DNA of 64,000 nt, taken from NCBI GenBank assembly GCA_963678745.2, contig CAXXMS010000004.1, positions 16,089-80,088 on the forward strand. Reading direction: 5' to 3'. The DNA comes from Victivallales bacterium (GTDB taxonomy: Bacteria; Verrucomicrobiota; Lentisphaeria; Victivallales; GWF2-38-69). The notes under the pieces were generated by a model. The model was given only the letters and a program-made list of their open reading frames with translations, did not search any database and was not told the DNA's origin. The translations under genes and the position numbers were made by a program. Positions 61,073-64,000 of the stretch are shown one piece after another. Numbering within the stretch: position 1 is the stretch's first letter; every line of letters starts with the position of its first letter.

Positions 61073-61231
61073 TTAGCAGTTGGTAATGTTGAGAAGCAAT
61101 AATTTTTGCAGGCAAGGTCTTTTTATTATTACTTTTTTTGTGTAGAGTTTTTGTAAGTAATATTACCTTTTTAGGTCTTATGAGTTAGCCTATTTGTTAA
61201 CTTAAAAACTGAAATAGAAGTTAGTAGTAGG

Positions 61232-61606
61232 TTATTTCGATTCTAATAATAAATGCTCAATAGTTTTAAGTAAATTTTGGAGATCAAAGGGCTTTTCTAA
61301 AAAAATATCAGAATCCAGATTGTTTATCTCTTCTATTCGTAGCTCAGGGCTACAGCTGCTTTCCCCTGACATAGTAATAATTTTTGTTTTTATATTGCGT
61401 TCTCTTAGTTCTGATACAAATTCGATGCCATTCATTCCAGGCATTCTGATGTCAGTAATAACAACATCAAAAGAACTTTTTTCTATTTTTCTCAGAGCAT
61501 CATATCCATCTAATGCTACTTTGACTGAATACTTTTCTCCTTCTAAAAACTCTGCTAAAAGCTCTCTAACCGATGGTTGATCATCGACAACAAGTATTTT
61601 CTTCAC
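61232..61606 (-). CDS. stand-alone response-regulator receiver domain (CheY-like)
   Basis: 124 aa with KILVVDDQ, the phospho-acceptor context VVITDIRMPGMNG, ITMSG and EKPF. Confidence 0.85.
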   Translation of the reverse strand: MKKILVVDDQPSVRELLAEFLEGEKYSVKVALDGYDALRKIEKSSFDVVITDIRMPGMNGIEFVSELRERNIKTKIITMSGESSCSPELRIEEINNLDSDIFLEKPFDLQNLLKTIEHLLLESK

Positions 61607-61817
61607 ATTATATCCTATATATAAAATTGATAATAAACGGGAAATAAATGATTTAATATTAAGTCTAAATAAGTCTAAATCTTTATGAGTTAGGAATATA
61701 TTCGCTGTTTTATATATTTTTCAAGTAACAAAACTTCAATTTATTTAAATACAACATATATTGTTCATGTGTGAACGTTATTTTTAGGGGGGTGTAAACA
61801 TTTTTGAAAGAGAAACG

Positions 61818-63416
61818 ATGAAAATTAATTTTAAAAGAATAGAAGTTATACGTAAAGAAAAGAAGATATCACAATTAGAAATTTGTACAAAACTTGATAT
61901 TGTTAGGACAACTTATTGGTATTGGAAAAGTGGCAAACGTACTCCAAGCGAAAAGCAGGTTAGAGAATTAGCGTCAGCCCTTAAAGTTTCTGTTAGTGAA
62001 ATATCTGATTTAACCCCTGTAAAAATAAGGTCCTCCCATAATATTTCTGAATTCGAGGAATCCTGGTTTACGCTTTTCAATACCAGCTATGATTCTCATA
62101 AAGTGCATACAGATCGATTGGTTGATTTAGTTGTTGCTATGCAGGAACGTTTATGGCAATCAAGTGTCATTGTAAAATCTTTTCTATCTGCTATGAATGT
62201 CATGTTTTATGTAAAAAATACAAATCAGAAATATGTGACAGCTAATGAATCATTTCTTAAAGCAGTAGGTTTGCCAAGTCAATTGCGGGTTTTAAATAAT
62301 GAAGATACTGATTTTTTTACAGCTCATGAAGCAGAGAAAAACACAAAAGAAGATTCAAGTGTGATGAATACAGGAATAGCGATATCTGATATAGAAGGAG
62401 TTATCCCGGGAAGTAAAAAAAAGAGATGGGGCGTTATATCAAAGTCTCCGATACTTGATTCACTGGGTAATATAGTTGGACTGGTTGGTATGTTTATTGA
62501 TATTACCAAGCAGAAAGAAAATGAAAAAGCTTTGGCTGTTTATAAAAAAGCTCTTGATAGTGCTTCTGATGCTGTTTCGATGTGTACTTCTTCTGGATAT
62601 TGTTTTTATCAGAATGCAGCATATGAAAGTTTATTTGGCGTATGCAGTAAAATAAAAAATAAGTCAGAAAATAGACAATTTAGGGAAATGACTTTTTTTG
62701 ATTTAGAAGATGATAAGAAAATATTTGAAACCACTAAATCAGGAGTATCATGGTCTGGTGAAATAAAGATGATTGATAAAAACAAAACGATATTTGATGT
62801 TTTCTTAAGGGCATATCCAATAAAAGATCCAAATGGAGAAATTATCGGACTTGTTAGGTTGCATACAGATATTTCAGAAAGAAAAAAATTTGAGCAGGAA
62901 CGAAGACGATATAGAAAACAGTTGGAAAAGATGGTTAATGAACGTACTGCAGAACTTTTGAAGATTAGTAAAAAACTTAAAAATAGTGAAGTTTTTTGTC
63001 AGCAAAGTAATGGAATAAGCGGGCATGATAAAGAATTGAACAGCTTTTATAAGTTAGCTGAAATTATTAATACTCCGAATACTACTAATGAAAAAATATG
63101 TAAAGAGGTTGTATCTTTGATTTCCAATTCTGTTAAAAATCCTCAAATAGCCTGTGCAAGAATAAAAATAGGAAATGAGCATTATCAAAGTGCTTCTTTT
63201 TTGGAGACTAGCTGGAAGATTATAGAAAAAATTTATACCAATGGAAATGAAGTTGGAAAAATTGAGGTTTATTATCTAAAAGAAATGCCTTTAATATATA
63301 ACAATACGCCGTTTTCAGAAAGAGAAGTAAACTTTATAAAAGCTGTTTCAATATTTCTTTCTAAAATTTTATATACTGAAGGTATTCTAAACTTTGACAA
63401 TATATCGGGAAATTGA
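61818..63416 (+). CDS. XRE-type HTH + tandem PAS + C-terminal GAF-like domain regulator
   Basis: N-terminal Cro/C1 HTH (ISQLEICTKLDIVRTTYWYWKSGKRTPSEKQVRELASAL). Two PAS-like modules end in GLVGMFIDITKQKENEKAL and GLVRLHTDISERKKFEQE. A coiled coil follows, then a ~140-aa tail with a GAF-like pattern (GKIEVYYLKEMP...FSEREVNFIKAVSIFLSKIL). There is no kinase or output enzyme domain. Confidence 0.65.
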   Translation: MKINFKRIEVIRKEKKISQLEICTKLDIVRTTYWYWKSGKRTPSEKQVRELASALKVSVSEISDLTPVKIRSSHNISEFEESWFTLFNTSYDSHKVHTDRLVDLVVAMQERLWQSSVIVKSFLSAMNVMFYVKNTNQKYVTANESFLKAVGLPSQLRVLNNEDTDFFTAHEAEKNTKEDSSVMNTGIAISDIEGVIPGSKKKRWGVISKSPILDSLGNIVGLVGMFIDITKQKENEKALAVYKKALDSASDAVSMCTSSGYCFYQNAAYESLFGVCSKIKNKSENRQFREMTFFDLEDDKKIFETTKSGVSWSGEIKMIDKNKTIFDVFLRAYPIKDPNGEIIGLVRLHTDISERKKFEQERRRYRKQLEKMVNERTAELLKISKKLKNSEVFCQQSNGISGHDKELNSFYKLAEIINTPNTTNEKICKEVVSLISNSVKNPQIACARIKIGNEHYQSASFLETSWKIIEKIYTNGNEVGKIEVYYLKEMPLIYNNTPFSEREVNFIKAVSIFLSKILYTEGILNFDNISGN

Positions 63417-63797
63417 ACTCGATTATTATCAAATTTTTTTAAAACCATTTTGCTTTGAGTATAATTAAAGAAAGGAATAGTTAAAGAATAAAATCAGTTT
63501 ATGGGATAAATCAAAAAGACTGTTTTATCTTGTTATTGTATTGTTGGTTTCTCTTTAATAAGTTCACGTAATTGTTATTATTTTCTTTTTTGTAAACATA
63601 ATATAATTTTTATTTACAAAAATAATGTCTGTGAATATTGTTATTATATGAATGATTTTGGTGGTAAAATTTATTGCAACTGTCCTTTGAGAAAGCATAT
63701 ATATTTTGAACATAAAGTCTAATTTATACTTAAGCTTATTGTATTATAAAATCTTCTTTTTTTTGTTCTTTTGTTTTAATGTAGCTCTTTTTGTGTA

Positions 63798-64000
63798 TAC
63801 TCAAACTGAATGAAAATACAGTTGCATGAGTTGTAATATCCTAATACAGCCTATATTGATAGATATGAATATCCAATTAACACTAGACGAAAAAATAAAA
63901 CTTGAAGCACAACATAAAAAAGAGCGAAACAGTAAGGCCTGTGACCGTATAAAAGCTGTGTTGCTTTCATCCGAGGGTTGGTCTCAATCACAAATAGCTC
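63798..64000 (+). mobile_element. IS630-family element (type 1), second copy, 5' 203 bp (continues beyond the right window edge)
   Basis: 63798-64000 is identical to 21804-22006 by direct comparison, includes the IRL TACTCAAACTGAATG and is preceded by TA (63796-63797). The transposase ATG lies at 63865. Confidence 0.9.

Overview
AT-rich bacterial chromosomal window with diderm-type gene content (yidC with a long periplasmic domain, LptF/G-family permease, kpsF, RND efflux pair). Three blocks of ordinary housekeeping genes are separated by dense mobile-DNA graveyards. Block 1 (1-4.7 kb, all minus strand) holds selA (partial, missed by the ORF track), thpR, tRNA-Pro(CGG) and the origin-proximal-type cluster jag-yidC-yidD-rnpA-rpmH. 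Block 2 (10.6-13.7 kb) holds a fragmented secreted-protein pseudogene, a nitroreductase and a POT peptide transporter. Block 3 (28.4-55.4 kb) holds surE, a short pyruvate-kinase-like protein, a cupin, an RND adaptor and pump, an acetyltransferase, a lipase, a DUF1343/NamZ-like protein, RNase R, an LptF/G-like permease, aconitase, YjbQ, a Sel1-repeat protein, uvrA, a GlpF-like channel, kpsF, NAD kinase and folC. The right end carries a CheY-like receiver and an HTH-PAS-PAS regulator. By my coordinates about 24-25 kb (~39%) of the window is IS or group II intron DNA: IS4-like, IS3, IS5, two IS1634-like, IS982, two IS630 types (three copies), IS21, IS66, IS701-like, two copies of an unclassified 2.4-kb IS with a 747-aa transposase, and three group II introns (two full length, one truncated). 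Most of these are nested in or truncated by one another. Two observations stand out. (i) An IS1634-like transposase gene has its two halves ~32 kb apart in opposite orientation. Each half is joined to one end of a copy of the 2.4-kb IS, and the halves re-join in frame across a 3-bp duplication, which is the footprint of a ~31-kb inversion or of a mis-assembly. (ii) Two different En-less group II introns sit antisense inside transposase genes at sites sharing a 12-nt core. I found no CRISPR array, no rRNA and no convincing multi-gene defence or otherwise novel system. The candidates for novelty are all mobile-element biology, and family assignments are from motif recognition by eye, not from searches.
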